A DNA stretch of 32,671 nucleotides from a virus (Duplodnaviria; Caudoviricetes). Under the pieces are notes generated by a model. The model searched no databases. It was not told where the DNA came from and saw only the letters and a list, made by a program, of their open reading frames with translations. The translations under genes and the position numbers were made by a program. The stretch lies in the IMG/VR virus record IMGVR_UViG_3300044513_001279, positions 1-32,671 of that record; one strand, 5' to 3'. Shown here in pieces: positions 16,897-25,423 of the stretch. Every line of letters starts with the position of its first letter. The stretch's first letter is position 1.

Positions 16897-16925
16897 ATTC
16901 TAAACCCATTACGGAATATATGCAA
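16897..16925 (-). promoter_or_regulatory. Sigma70-like promoter TTGCAT-17-TAGAAT with operator ACCCATTACGGAA (16904-16916)
   Basis: Exact 17-bp spacer and an AT-rich UP-like tract; near-copy of 6415-6461. Confidence 0.8.
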
Positions 16926-16943
16926 CACTTTTATTAATTTATT

Positions 16944-17288
16944 TTAAAAGGGTAAATCGTTGTCCTCTTGGCTGTCATCTCTTAATATTTTTTGTTCCCA
17001 CAATCTTTTAGCCCAAACTTGTCCAAAGTCAGCAGGCAAGCCATAACTAGTAAAGAACTTATACTCATCACCAAACTTCGTATGAAGCTGTGCATGATGA
17101 TGTAAGCATAAAGGTATAGCATTCCTATCGTTAGCCTTTAAACTCATCCCACGCACTCCGTCATAAGGTTTAAGCAAATGATGTGCTTGCACTTCTTTTG
17201 AGTGGGAGTAGTAACCTGCTTTACACAATAGGCAAGGCAATGTCCTAATCCATTTAAGGTGCAACTCATCTTTGTATCTTTTGCTCAT
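16944..17288 (-). CDS. Zn-binding HNH-like nuclease (DUF968/Ref-like)
   Basis: LPCLLC...AHHL...GMSLKANDRNAIPLCLHHHAQLH. Confidence 0.75.
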   Translation of the reverse strand: MSKRYKDELHLKWIRTLPCLLCKAGYYSHSKEVQAHHLLKPYDGVRGMSLKANDRNAIPLCLHHHAQLHTKFGDEYKFFTSYGLPADFGQVWAKRLWEQKILRDDSQEDNDLPF

Positions 17289-17917
17289 AAGTCATAAGTG
17301 TAAGTAACTTTGCCAAGAGTTTTAATATACTTGGCTTCTCCTTTTTCTAAAGCATTTATAATTCTTTTTGCATAAGGTTTTAATTGTGCTTCTGTTTCTT
17401 GTTCGCCAAAAAGGACAGTTTGTTTGTCATTAAATTTATTAGATTTGTATTTTGTCCTAGTTGCTTTGTCATGAAACAATTTATCACCCCATTTTATTAC
17501 TTTTGCACCCTTAGTTTCTTCTATTAATTTCCAATTAGATGCTTTGTAAATAATACCTGTATGACCATATTGTTTATCAGCATAGCTTACTAAAATTTTT
17601 CCCTTCCATATTTTTTTTAAATCTTTTATGGTCTTACTAATAAAAAAACTTTCTGCATTCTTTGGAGTATCATCCACACAACACAATCTTCTAAGCTCAA
17701 GAACATCATCTTCTTTTTTGGCAAATTTTTTCCATTGATTTTTCATAGCCATTCCACCATAAAATAATGCTCCTTTCATAATTTGTTTGTCATCAAACAA
17801 AGCATAATGAAATGTAGATTTACAACCGTTTATAGATTTAGAATAATGCCAAGTTTCTATAAATATTTTGACTTGCAACCTATCTACTCGTTTTACCGAC
17901 CAACCTTGGAGAGCCAT
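17285..17917 (-). CDS. Mom-family (GNAT-fold) DNA modification protein, copy 1
   Basis: WHYSK, LELRRLC, KNAESFFI, VSYAD and GHTGIIYKASNW. Confidence 0.75.
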   Translation of the reverse strand: MALQGWSVKRVDRLQVKIFIETWHYSKSINGCKSTFHYALFDDKQIMKGALFYGGMAMKNQWKKFAKKEDDVLELRRLCCVDDTPKNAESFFISKTIKDLKKIWKGKILVSYADKQYGHTGIIYKASNWKLIEETKGAKVIKWGDKLFHDKATRTKYKSNKFNDKQTVLFGEQETEAQLKPYAKRIINALEKGEAKYIKTLGKVTYTYDL

Positions 17918-18292
17918 TTAAAAAGGTGCTTCTTCTACCTCATTTTTATGAGCAACAGTTTCTTCATCATCCTTTACTCTAAGACTAACAGCAGTGTATT
18001 CATTGCCTTTATCTGATACTTTTTTCCAACCACCAAACTTGTACTGGACATTGTTCCAAGTGATTGGACCACCAATATCAGGACTTCTTTCAGATTTCTT
18101 TTCTTCGTTAAGATGCAACAAACCTGCGGAAACCATAAGCTCGTACTTATCTTCACCTTTAACTTTTGTTTTAACAATTGCAGAATAAATCTCCTCGCCA
18201 TTTATTTGCATAGTTCCTTTGCGTATCACAGTAGAACCAGTCTCATGCCAAAGAAAACCTTTTAGCTCTTTATCATATTGCTTATCATCCAT
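17918..18292 (-). CDS. Putative ssDNA-binding protein (DUF736-like)
   Basis: KKSERSPDIGG...YKFGGWKK..KGNEYTAVSL core and an acidic EEAPF tail; lies in the recombination module. Confidence 0.6.
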   Translation of the reverse strand: MDDKQYDKELKGFLWHETGSTVIRKGTMQINGEEIYSAIVKTKVKGEDKYELMVSAGLLHLNEEKKSERSPDIGGPITWNNVQYKFGGWKKVSDKGNEYTAVSLRVKDDEETVAHKNEVEEAPF

Positions 18293-18551
18293 TTTTTTCT
18301 CCTATTAATTTATATTTAAACCCCTTACCACTTGTCCTGCGTTTCTTTTCTATAACTTCCCCAAAGGCAGGAAGTTTATATTTAAGTCTAGCAGGGTCTT
18401 TCCTCAAGTTGCGTATAGAAGCAGAAATAGACGGCTCTCCGTAAAACTGTCCTGTTTTCTGCTTGATAGCATCTTGTAGTTCCCAAAATGTCCAATATCT
18501 GCCGTCACGCATACAGAAATAGACACAATCATCTAATGTCAGCTTACTCAT
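18285..18551 (-). CDS. Winged-helix DNA-binding protein
   Basis: YWTFWELQ...SISASIRNLRK...FKYKL. Confidence 0.6.
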   Translation of the reverse strand: MSKLTLDDCVYFCMRDGRYWTFWELQDAIKQKTGQFYGEPSISASIRNLRKDPARLKYKLPAFGEVIEKKRRTSGKGFKYKLIGEKNG

Positions 18552-19213
18552 ACAACTTTCTTAGAGTAAATATCTATTAGCTTCTCAAACGCCTGTAAGT
18601 CTCTATCGTTCGCAGGCAAATCATTGTAAATGCGTTCTATCTCACTTGAGTTAGCTTTAAATACATCTATGCACTCTTGATCTTCAGGATTAGCTAAAAC
18701 CTTACGCAAGCCACCTATGTAAGCATGGGTGTCAGGAAAGGTTGCATATGGATGACCCTTTGCATTCTTAAGAACCAAAGATTCTTTAAGATCAGGTGCA
18801 GGTTGTTTGTTGTTTATGGCATTGTCTACCTCAAACCCACTTGCATACTCACCACCACCAAGACCACAGCAAGCCAAAGCACGACCTATTGCACTGGTAC
18901 AGCAGTTCTCAAGAGCAGAGGTCTTGTTAACCATGCCCTGCGATCTAAATTCTTCAGCATAGTCATTGCCTATCTCACGCCATGTACCATCCACATAAAC
19001 GCTTACAGTGGCTTGTACGACCACTCTTTCTAAGTCATTGTGGATAATCTTAGTCTGCACATTAGCATTGCTACCAAAGTGTTTTCTAAAGGTTTGTAAC
19101 CGTTTATCTACGGTTGTGTAGAGCTTACCTTTGATATTAGTTTTATCACTATCAGCAAGGTTTGCTATTTCATTTATTGATTCAATCAATTTATCACTCA
19201 TTTTATTCTCCAT
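18548..19213 (-). CDS. Single-strand annealing protein (Rad52/Sak-like)
   Basis: IKGKLYTTVDKRL and VNKTSALENCCTSAIGRAL..GLG motifs; downstream of the exonuclease. Confidence 0.7.
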   Translation of the reverse strand: MENKMSDKLIESINEIANLADSDKTNIKGKLYTTVDKRLQTFRKHFGSNANVQTKIIHNDLERVVVQATVSVYVDGTWREIGNDYAEEFRSQGMVNKTSALENCCTSAIGRALACCGLGGGEYASGFEVDNAINNKQPAPDLKESLVLKNAKGHPYATFPDTHAYIGGLRKVLANPEDQECIDVFKANSSEIERIYNDLPANDRDLQAFEKLIDIYSKKVV

Positions 19214-19947
19214 AGTTCTTTAGCAACCTGTATATCTGAATCTGACCACATCCAATGGGATAGGTCAGGATAGAACTGATCAACTAAAGAGTTAACATCA
19301 TTATTCTGTAGAAGGTTCATTATTGCTAACGAAGCCTTATACACCTCATCTAATCTCATGCTTATGTCGTCTATTTCAAATGTGATGACCTCTGATTTGG
19401 TCTTGGTCACATAGATATAATCAGCATACGCATGATCTTTTTCTAATGCAGTAGCATAAATTGCTAGTTGCCTTTGAACTGGTGGAAGTAATGCAGGTGG
19501 TTTCTTTGCAGAAGTTTTAATGTCTCTAATGCAATCCTCATACTCTAAGTCTGTGTACCCTATTACTGAAACTGGTAAACCTACATCTATCTCTACTTTC
19601 TTCTGATAGCTTACTGGCTCGCCTAAGTGTTTATAGAAAGGCAATCCTATAGATAGATACTTCTCTATGTTGTTGTATTCTGTGTCTGCTTTCTCTTGAT
19701 CAAACACCACGCCTTGACTCTGTTCGTAGATCATAAGCGATTTGAACTCAGCCTGTGCATCTTCTATAGATGTTTTGTTGCCTATGGCATGGTCTATGAC
19801 CGTTCCTCTTAGCATGGCAGGGTTTGTGGGTGATTTATGTTTGGCACAATACCGAACAATAAACAATGGGGGGTTTTGTATGAACAGGTTTATAGAACTG
19901 GCTGAAAGATGTTCTATTTCAAATTCTTCAAATGGATTATTTTTCAT
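19198..19947 (-). CDS. PD-(D/E)XK exonuclease (RecB/lambda-exo-like)
   Basis: HLSASSI, RGTVID, GYTD, DIKT and QLAIY. Confidence 0.85.
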   Translation of the reverse strand: MKNNPFEEFEIEHLSASSINLFIQNPPLFIVRYCAKHKSPTNPAMLRGTVIDHAIGNKTSIEDAQAEFKSLMIYEQSQGVVFDQEKADTEYNNIEKYLSIGLPFYKHLGEPVSYQKKVEIDVGLPVSVIGYTDLEYEDCIRDIKTSAKKPPALLPPVQRQLAIYATALEKDHAYADYIYVTKTKSEVITFEIDDISMRLDEVYKASLAIMNLLQNNDVNSLVDQFYPDLSHWMWSDSDIQVAKELWRIK

Positions 19948-20048
19948 CTATTAAATACCTCAATTTAAGCTTTCAATATATACGAAATGGAATTATAATC
20001 ACATATTGGGTTTACTTCAACCCTTAATTTAACTTTAGGAGAAAACAA

Positions 20049-20252
20049 ATGAAGCTCAAAGATTTTTTGCAAGAGAACAACTACACGCAAAATAAATTCA
20101 TAGAAGCTGTGCATGAAAAAACAGGGCATAGGTTTTCTCAAGGCGGTCTTGCAAAGTACATCATTGGTGTTCGCATACCAAGAAAAAAAGAGATGGGAGT
20201 TATTCATAGCTTTACCAAAGGTGAAGTATCACCTAATGATTTTTATTTATAG
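20049..20252 (+). CDS. Cro/CI-type HTH regulator
   Basis: AGGAG SD; TQNKF...SQGGLAKYIIGVRIP...TKGEVSPNDF; divergent from the recombination operon. Confidence 0.8.
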   Translation: MKLKDFLQENNYTQNKFIEAVHEKTGHRFSQGGLAKYIIGVRIPRKKEMGVIHSFTKGEVSPNDFYL

Positions 20253-21932
20253 ACTCCAATCGTCTATATCGTATTGTCTTTCTATGAAGATGCGTTTTTC
20301 CATGTCATAAAAGAATTTAACCTGTCCAATCTTTCCATATAAATCCTGCTCTCTAATCTTGCGAGTGATTATGCTTGTAGAGTTATCATCAAAGTCTCTA
20401 TGAACTGTTAGCACAGCATCAGACTGGTTGTGCCAATGTGCAGCTCCACTTATATCATATGCAGAGGGTGGCAAGTAAGAACCATCTTGTGACTTAGGCA
20501 ACTTTGTTGGGTGAGCAACAACCCACATAGTTACCTCATAGTTTCTTGCAAAGCGTTTACAACTAGAGATGAAGTCTCTGATATGTTCATCCTCACGTTG
20601 ATTGCCTTCTCGTTTTGCACTGACCTCATTGTATGGGTCTATGACTATGCCGTTGACTCCGTGTTTGTAAACACTGGACTTAGCTATGTCTATGATTAGG
20701 TCTATCTCAGGAACGGCATCCTTAGACTCAATAAAAAAGAAATGCTTATCAATAAAGCCCATAGCTTCTACCAACTCTGATCTGCTCATACGATTTCCAA
20801 AGCCTTCATCAAAAGCTTTCTGACAATACATCTGTGTCATTCTTCTGATGTGCATACTCGTTGAATGTTCAGGAGAAAAGATTGCAAACTTCCAACCTTG
20901 ATTCTTGGCTAGGTTTAAAAGTATCTGATCTAATATTAATGACTTACCATGATTGGGTATGCCAGTAATCACATGAAAAGTACCAGTCATGATTTTATAA
21001 ATGTTATCCAGTGAACCCATGCCGATCTCTACAGGCTTCTCATAGTTGCCCTCATACAGATCAATCAATTGATCAAAGTAGTCATGACCTTTATACAAAC
21101 CGTTAATAGGATAAGGTATAGCATTGTCTATAAGTTCCTTGAGTTTGGTTGCACCATGTTTCATTAAAACCTCATTAGCATCCTTACATCCTTCAGGACA
21201 CTTAACATACCAACAGCGATCTTTACCAAACCTGTGGAGCAGTTCTTTGTGTAGTGATCTACCTGCTGTGTCATTGTCAGTAAATATAATTATGTTCTTG
21301 GCAACAAGAGGTGAGTTGTCTAAAGCTTTGAACCTTGCATCATTGGGGTCAAACTTGGCTTCTTTTGGTGCACCATCAGGAAGCGTTGTGCTGTTCGTTA
21401 TGCCACTCTCAAATAAACTGATGCAATCCATCTCACCTTCACAGAAAATGACCGTATCGCTTTTGTACACATTGTCATAGTTGTATAAGATGCGTTTAGC
21501 GTTAGGCGATTGTCTGAACTGTTTATCAACGGTTCTATATTTAACATTGACCAGTGAGCCGTGTTCATCAAAGTATTGAAATGCAATCCATGAGTTCTCG
21601 TTAAAGATTTTCATAGAGTCAACCGTTGATTTAGAAATGCCACGATCACCAAAGAACTTATACATGGAATTATCAGTAGACTTGGATTCAGGAACTACTG
21701 GAGTTTGATAGGTCTTAGGCTTAAAAGAATTAGAACCATCTCCTGACCCACCTCTAAACTCACAATGATGACAATTCCAAACCACAGTATTATTTTCTAT
21801 GGTAACTGAGAGTGGATTATCTTTTGGATTGTGTGGGGGCTGACAGGAAGGACACTTTACTTTTTGATTACCTTCACCGTAATGTTTTAAATTTATTCTG
21901 TTGTCCATAAGGACTGTACTTATATCTTTCAT
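20247..21932 (-). CDS. Primase-helicase (T7 gp4/Twinkle-like)
   Basis: Zn ribbon CPSC...CHHC, TOPRIM EGEMD and DND, Walker A TGIPNHGKS, IVIDPYN, VAHPTK and YDISGAAHW. Confidence 0.92.
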   Translation of the reverse strand: MKDISTVLMDNRINLKHYGEGNQKVKCPSCQPPHNPKDNPLSVTIENNTVVWNCHHCEFRGGSGDGSNSFKPKTYQTPVVPESKSTDNSMYKFFGDRGISKSTVDSMKIFNENSWIAFQYFDEHGSLVNVKYRTVDKQFRQSPNAKRILYNYDNVYKSDTVIFCEGEMDCISLFESGITNSTTLPDGAPKEAKFDPNDARFKALDNSPLVAKNIIIFTDNDTAGRSLHKELLHRFGKDRCWYVKCPEGCKDANEVLMKHGATKLKELIDNAIPYPINGLYKGHDYFDQLIDLYEGNYEKPVEIGMGSLDNIYKIMTGTFHVITGIPNHGKSLILDQILLNLAKNQGWKFAIFSPEHSTSMHIRRMTQMYCQKAFDEGFGNRMSRSELVEAMGFIDKHFFFIESKDAVPEIDLIIDIAKSSVYKHGVNGIVIDPYNEVSAKREGNQREDEHIRDFISSCKRFARNYEVTMWVVAHPTKLPKSQDGSYLPPSAYDISGAAHWHNQSDAVLTVHRDFDDNSTSIITRKIREQDLYGKIGQVKFFYDMEKRIFIERQYDIDDWSL

Positions 21933-21941
21933 TTTATTTCC

Positions 21942-22595
21942 TTACCCTGCGAGAGAGTTCAATGATTTTTTAACTATTGTTACTGTTGTATCTGCATCAT
22001 CAAGATACCGTTTTTGATTTAACCATGTTGTGCAATGTGGTACAAACTTTAATTCCATTTTTTCATCTGCAACAAACTCTGCATAAGACTTTATCTTTTT
22101 CAAAAGTTCTTCATGGGATATATCCTTCAATGCAATCTTGTATTTTTGTGAAGATGCATACTTGTTTGTCTTGCGTGGATAGATTTTCCAAAACTCCTCA
22201 AAGAGTTCTTTAGTATTATCTTTAGTATCTTCTTTAGTATTGGGGGGTGGTGAGACAGGGGGGATGGTGGTCTCCTGACCCTGAGGGGTAGGGGTCTCCT
22301 CACCAGTGGGGGTCTGTAGACCCTGACCTAGATGTAAGGTGTATCGGTTTGATATGTTCCCACCATCTGCTTTGAATCTAGCCGTGATCTCAAGAAGGTC
22401 TTGTTGTGCAAACTCTTTAATAATCTTCCCTATGTGTTTAGGGTCTTTAATTCCTGCAAGTTGACCTATGTGCTGATAGCTTGGATAACAACTACCCTTC
22501 TCATCTGCGTAGTTGGCAAGGATGACTAAGACTAGTTTCTTGGTTGGAGTTAAGCCCTCTAGTTTGAGGGCTTTGTTTAATAACTCAATTGACAT
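21942..22595 (-). CDS. Phage replication initiator (N-terminal HTH)
   Basis: KLVLVILANYADEKGSCYPS, SNRY, a Pro/Thr linker, FEEFWKIYPRK and TTWLNQKRY. Confidence 0.8.
   Translation of the reverse strand: MSIELLNKALKLEGLTPTKKLVLVILANYADEKGSCYPSYQHIGQLAGIKDPKHIGKIIKEFAQQDLLEITARFKADGGNISNRYTLHLGQGLQTPTGEETPTPQGQETTIPPVSPPPNTKEDTKDNTKELFEEFWKIYPRKTNKYASSQKYKIALKDISHEELLKKIKSYAEFVADEKMELKFVPHCTTWLNQKRYLDDADTTVTIVKKSLNSLAG
22207..22330. other. Candidate replication origin inside the initiator gene
   Basis: TCTTTAGTAT x3 (22207, 22219, 22231) next to a G-rich tract with GGTCTCCT x2 and GACCCTGA x2. Confidence 0.4.
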
Positions 22596-22887
22596 AAGAC
22601 TGGATGTAAGAATTGCTATCGGATTCTAGGATTGCATCTACAATAGACTCATCATAGTTTGCTGACATCAAACAACATCTCACTCTTGTACCCAGCAATG
22701 TATAGCCTAAAGATTGAAGCCTATTAGTCTCGGCATCTATCTCATCATCCGACTTTGTGTAAGGACCTGTGCCATACTGACCTTCACCGTATCTATTCCA
22801 AGCACCCCAAGGGTTGCCAGTTTCAGGGTCAACCACATAGATTGTGAAAGCTGTGATGTGTTTAAGGTCGTTGGATTCTTTTTTCAT
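22585..22887 (-). CDS. Hypothetical protein
   Basis: 100 aa with AGGAG SD and an upstream promoter. Confidence 0.65.
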   Translation of the reverse strand: MKKESNDLKHITAFTIYVVDPETGNPWGAWNRYGEGQYGTGPYTKSDDEIDAETNRLQSLGYTLLGTRVRCCLMSANYDESIVDAILESDSNSYIQSYVN

Positions 22888-22915
22888 TTTATCTCCTATT
22901 TAATTTAAAGAACTG

Positions 22916-22956
22916 AGCATAATTTATTTAATTAATTTATGCAACCCATAATGGTA
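22916..22956 (-). promoter_or_regulatory. Promoter TTGCAT-17-TATGCT with operator ACCCATAATGGTA (22944-22956) abutting the -35
   Basis: Minus-strand reading; upstream of the replication genes. Confidence 0.65.
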
Positions 22957-23814
22957 TTAATAATTCATTGACCAATCATCCAACTTGCCTTTCCTTTTTA
23001 ACTCCAAACCTTCTTGGATTAAATGCCACCACTGTTGCCAAGTTTTAATTCTTGCCAACTGGTCATAATCATGTGGTGGTTTACCATCAATACAAACATA
23101 CCTATCTGAAGTCGTATAGTAACCATCCCACGACCTTTCATCATAGACAAACTCATCATTCTCTTTCGCCCATTCCATGACTTTAAGTTCCCAGTCAATC
23201 TTCTCTTTATATCTTATAGGCAAAGGGTCAAGATATTTAGTAGTCCTCTTTTCTTCAGAGTGTGTTTTTTCATACTTAAGAATTTCTTTATTCACCTTAG
23301 CAAGGTTAGTATTAGCAAGTTTAAGTTTCTTACTCCAAGCCTTCTGTCGTTTAAGCATCCTTTCATATCGCTGAGCAACTTTGTTAATACGCTTTTTGAC
23401 TTTGGGTTGTTCATTGGCACACCTAGACTTTTCCAAATAACCTTTCTCAAAAAAATGCTTAGTGCATCTCAACTCAATTAATGAGTGTTCAGCAGAGTGA
23501 GGTCTGTTGTTTGGATTAAGTTTGTAATCTAACCAATGAGACCAAAGGTGAACTATGTCTCCCCAACCTTTATCGCAGTTGATGGACACTACCCCCCTTC
23601 GCACCCATGTGTTTCTATTTCCTGAAACCTGCTTAATAGTTTTGTAAGGAAACTTAGTGCCAACTTCTTTTTTCCACAAAGCCTTAAGTAGATTCTTTGC
23701 AGTAGTAAAGTCAGCAGACTCTTTGCTTCTCTCAAAACGAATAGAGCATTTGTTCTCACGCCATAGGGCATTCACCTTTTCGTAATTAGCTAACGCTTCT
23801 CGTGATGTTCGCAT
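22957..23814 (-). CDS. Hypothetical basic protein with His cluster and coiled coil
   Basis: 285 aa; HLWSH...PHSAEH; TAATG coupling. Confidence 0.7.
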   Translation of the reverse strand: MRTSREALANYEKVNALWRENKCSIRFERSKESADFTTAKNLLKALWKKEVGTKFPYKTIKQVSGNRNTWVRRGVVSINCDKGWGDIVHLWSHWLDYKLNPNNRPHSAEHSLIELRCTKHFFEKGYLEKSRCANEQPKVKKRINKVAQRYERMLKRQKAWSKKLKLANTNLAKVNKEILKYEKTHSEEKRTTKYLDPLPIRYKEKIDWELKVMEWAKENDEFVYDERSWDGYYTTSDRYVCIDGKPPHDYDQLARIKTWQQWWHLIQEGLELKRKGKLDDWSMNY

Positions 23815-24071
23815 TACGCCACCTTCTGAAAGTAATGATCATTAGACTGGCAGATAGAATCCCACTTGCTCCGTCTAATCCTTCTCCAAGACTTAGAGTT
23901 AAACAAGTAACTATCTGTGAAGTAGTCTTTAACATAGACCCACTTGTAACCGAGCCTGACTGCTCTAGTACCGATACCAATATTGATACCCTTGATACTA
24001 TGTTGGATGGACATATTGTTGAACCTGTAGAGTTCAAACTTATGCTTGGTCTTTTTCAATTTATTTTTCAT
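23814..24071 (-). CDS. Hypothetical basic protein
   Basis: 85 aa with AAGGT SD; first gene after the promoter at 24105-24133. Confidence 0.6.
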   Translation of the reverse strand: MKNKLKKTKHKFELYRFNNMSIQHSIKGINIGIGTRAVRLGYKWVYVKDYFTDSYLFNSKSWRRIRRSKWDSICQSNDHYFQKVA

Positions 24072-24104
24072 ATTATTACCTTTTGGTTTTTAAGTTAAAA
24101 ACCA

Positions 24105-24133
24105 ATTGTAACCCAAGTTGGGTCTAATGTCAA
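24105..24133 (-). promoter_or_regulatory. Near-consensus promoter TTGACA-17-TACAAT with palindromic operator ACCCAAGTTGGGT (24111-24123)
   Basis: Direct reading; the operator has perfect 6-1-6 dyad symmetry. Confidence 0.85.
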
Positions 24134-24212
24134 ATTGTGTGACAAAATGATTTTTAGGAATGTTTGGTTTTTATCCCAATTCGGTATAAAATTCTATGTT
24201 GGAAATATTAAA

Positions 24213-24830
24213 ATGAGTATCTATCAATCAACATTATTTGAACAAGAAGAATCAATATTTGTTGCAGATTACAGCATTCGCAGAATCCAATATCAGGAAG
24301 CTTTACCTTTTATCTTAAATATTCATTACGCAAAGAGAGTACCAAGCATCAATTACGCATACGGTCTTTTTTTGCAACAAGAACTGGTTGGAATTGTGTC
24401 ATATGGAATACCTGCATCTGCATCTTTATGTGAAGGAGTTGCAGGCAAGAACAATAAGCACCATGTCATAGAGTTAAATAGATTGGTTTTAAAACATAAC
24501 AAAAAAAACGAAGCATCAATTCTTATAGGTGCATCTTTTAAATTACTACCCAAACCTAAGATCATAGTTTCCTATGCAGATACCAAAGAGAAACATTTAG
24601 GGGTTGTATATCAAGCAACAAACTTTATGTTTACTGGCACAACCAAAGAAAGAACAGACATGGCAGGTGCTGATGGCAAACACTCAAGACATCACTTAGG
24701 AGATGTAACCAAGAGAGTGCACAGAAGTGCAAAGCATAGATATATATATGTGATAGGTAACAAGAGAGATAAAAAGTTACTAACAAAACAGATCAATTAT
24801 AAGGTTCAAGAATACCCAAAAATAAATTAG
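24213..24830 (+). CDS. Mom-family (GNAT-fold) DNA modification protein, copy 2
   Basis: IHYAKR, IELNRL, KNEASILI, IVSYAD and HLGVVYQATNF. ATG 24213 is preferred because it follows an operator and -10 at 24174-24192. Confidence 0.75.
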   Translation: MSIYQSTLFEQEESIFVADYSIRRIQYQEALPFILNIHYAKRVPSINYAYGLFLQQELVGIVSYGIPASASLCEGVAGKNNKHHVIELNRLVLKHNKKNEASILIGASFKLLPKPKIIVSYADTKEKHLGVVYQATNFMFTGTTKERTDMAGADGKHSRHHLGDVTKRVHRSAKHRYIYVIGNKRDKKLLTKQINYKVQEYPKIN

Positions 24831-24883
24831 CTTTAATTTAATCTCAAAATGGAATATCATTGTTGCAGAAACATGATAGATAC

Positions 24884-25423
24884 ATGACAAATAAAAAAGC
24901 CAAAGTAAAAATCACAGATCAGATAAAGGATGCAATCCGTAATGAGTATGTGCAAGGCGTAGAGCTAGACACAGGCGAAAGAACTATGTTTACTCTTGAT
25001 GAGTTAATTGCAAAATACAATGTTTCTTCTACCACAATCTATAGATTGTCTGCAAAAGACGGATGGAAAATGCAGAAAGAAGAATTTAGACATAAGCTTA
25101 TTGCCGAGTTTGATGAGAAAAGACGAGAGCAGTTAGCAGAGGAAAGCATCAAGATTGATGAGCTTGCCTTAAAAATTTCCTATGAAATCTTTACCCATGT
25201 TCAGGGTTTAATAAAGTCAAATGACAAACCAAGTGGAATAGCATCATTATCACAAGCTGCAACCAATGCACAGAAGTTAGCAAAACTTGCATTGGGTGAA
25301 GCAACCCACAACATGAATCTAAATGCAAACATCCAAGAAACAGATGCCTTCAGAGAAGCTATGGAATTGCTTGACTCAGTTGCAGAGCAACGCAGAGAAA
25401 GCAACGATAAAGCTGTACACTGA
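24884..25423 (+). CDS. Probable terminase small subunit
   Basis: HTH-like LDELIAKYNVSSTTIYR...GW and a helical body; overlaps the start of the large subunit. Confidence 0.65.
   Translation: MTNKKAKVKITDQIKDAIRNEYVQGVELDTGERTMFTLDELIAKYNVSSTTIYRLSAKDGWKMQKEEFRHKLIAEFDEKRREQLAEESIKIDELALKISYEIFTHVQGLIKSNDKPSGIASLSQAATNAQKLAKLALGEATHNMNLNANIQETDAFREAMELLDSVAEQRRESNDKAVH

Noticed and set aside
19198-19947. Nuclease as Cas4 of a CRISPR system
   Set aside because: It lacks the four-Cys Fe-S cluster motif, there is no array, and it sits in an exonuclease-SSAP-SSB recombination module.
23786-24098. Alternative overlapping ORFs 23786-24037 (-) and 23802-24098 (+)
   Set aside because: 23814-24071 (-) has the SD, promoter and TAATG coupling; the alternatives lack these signals.
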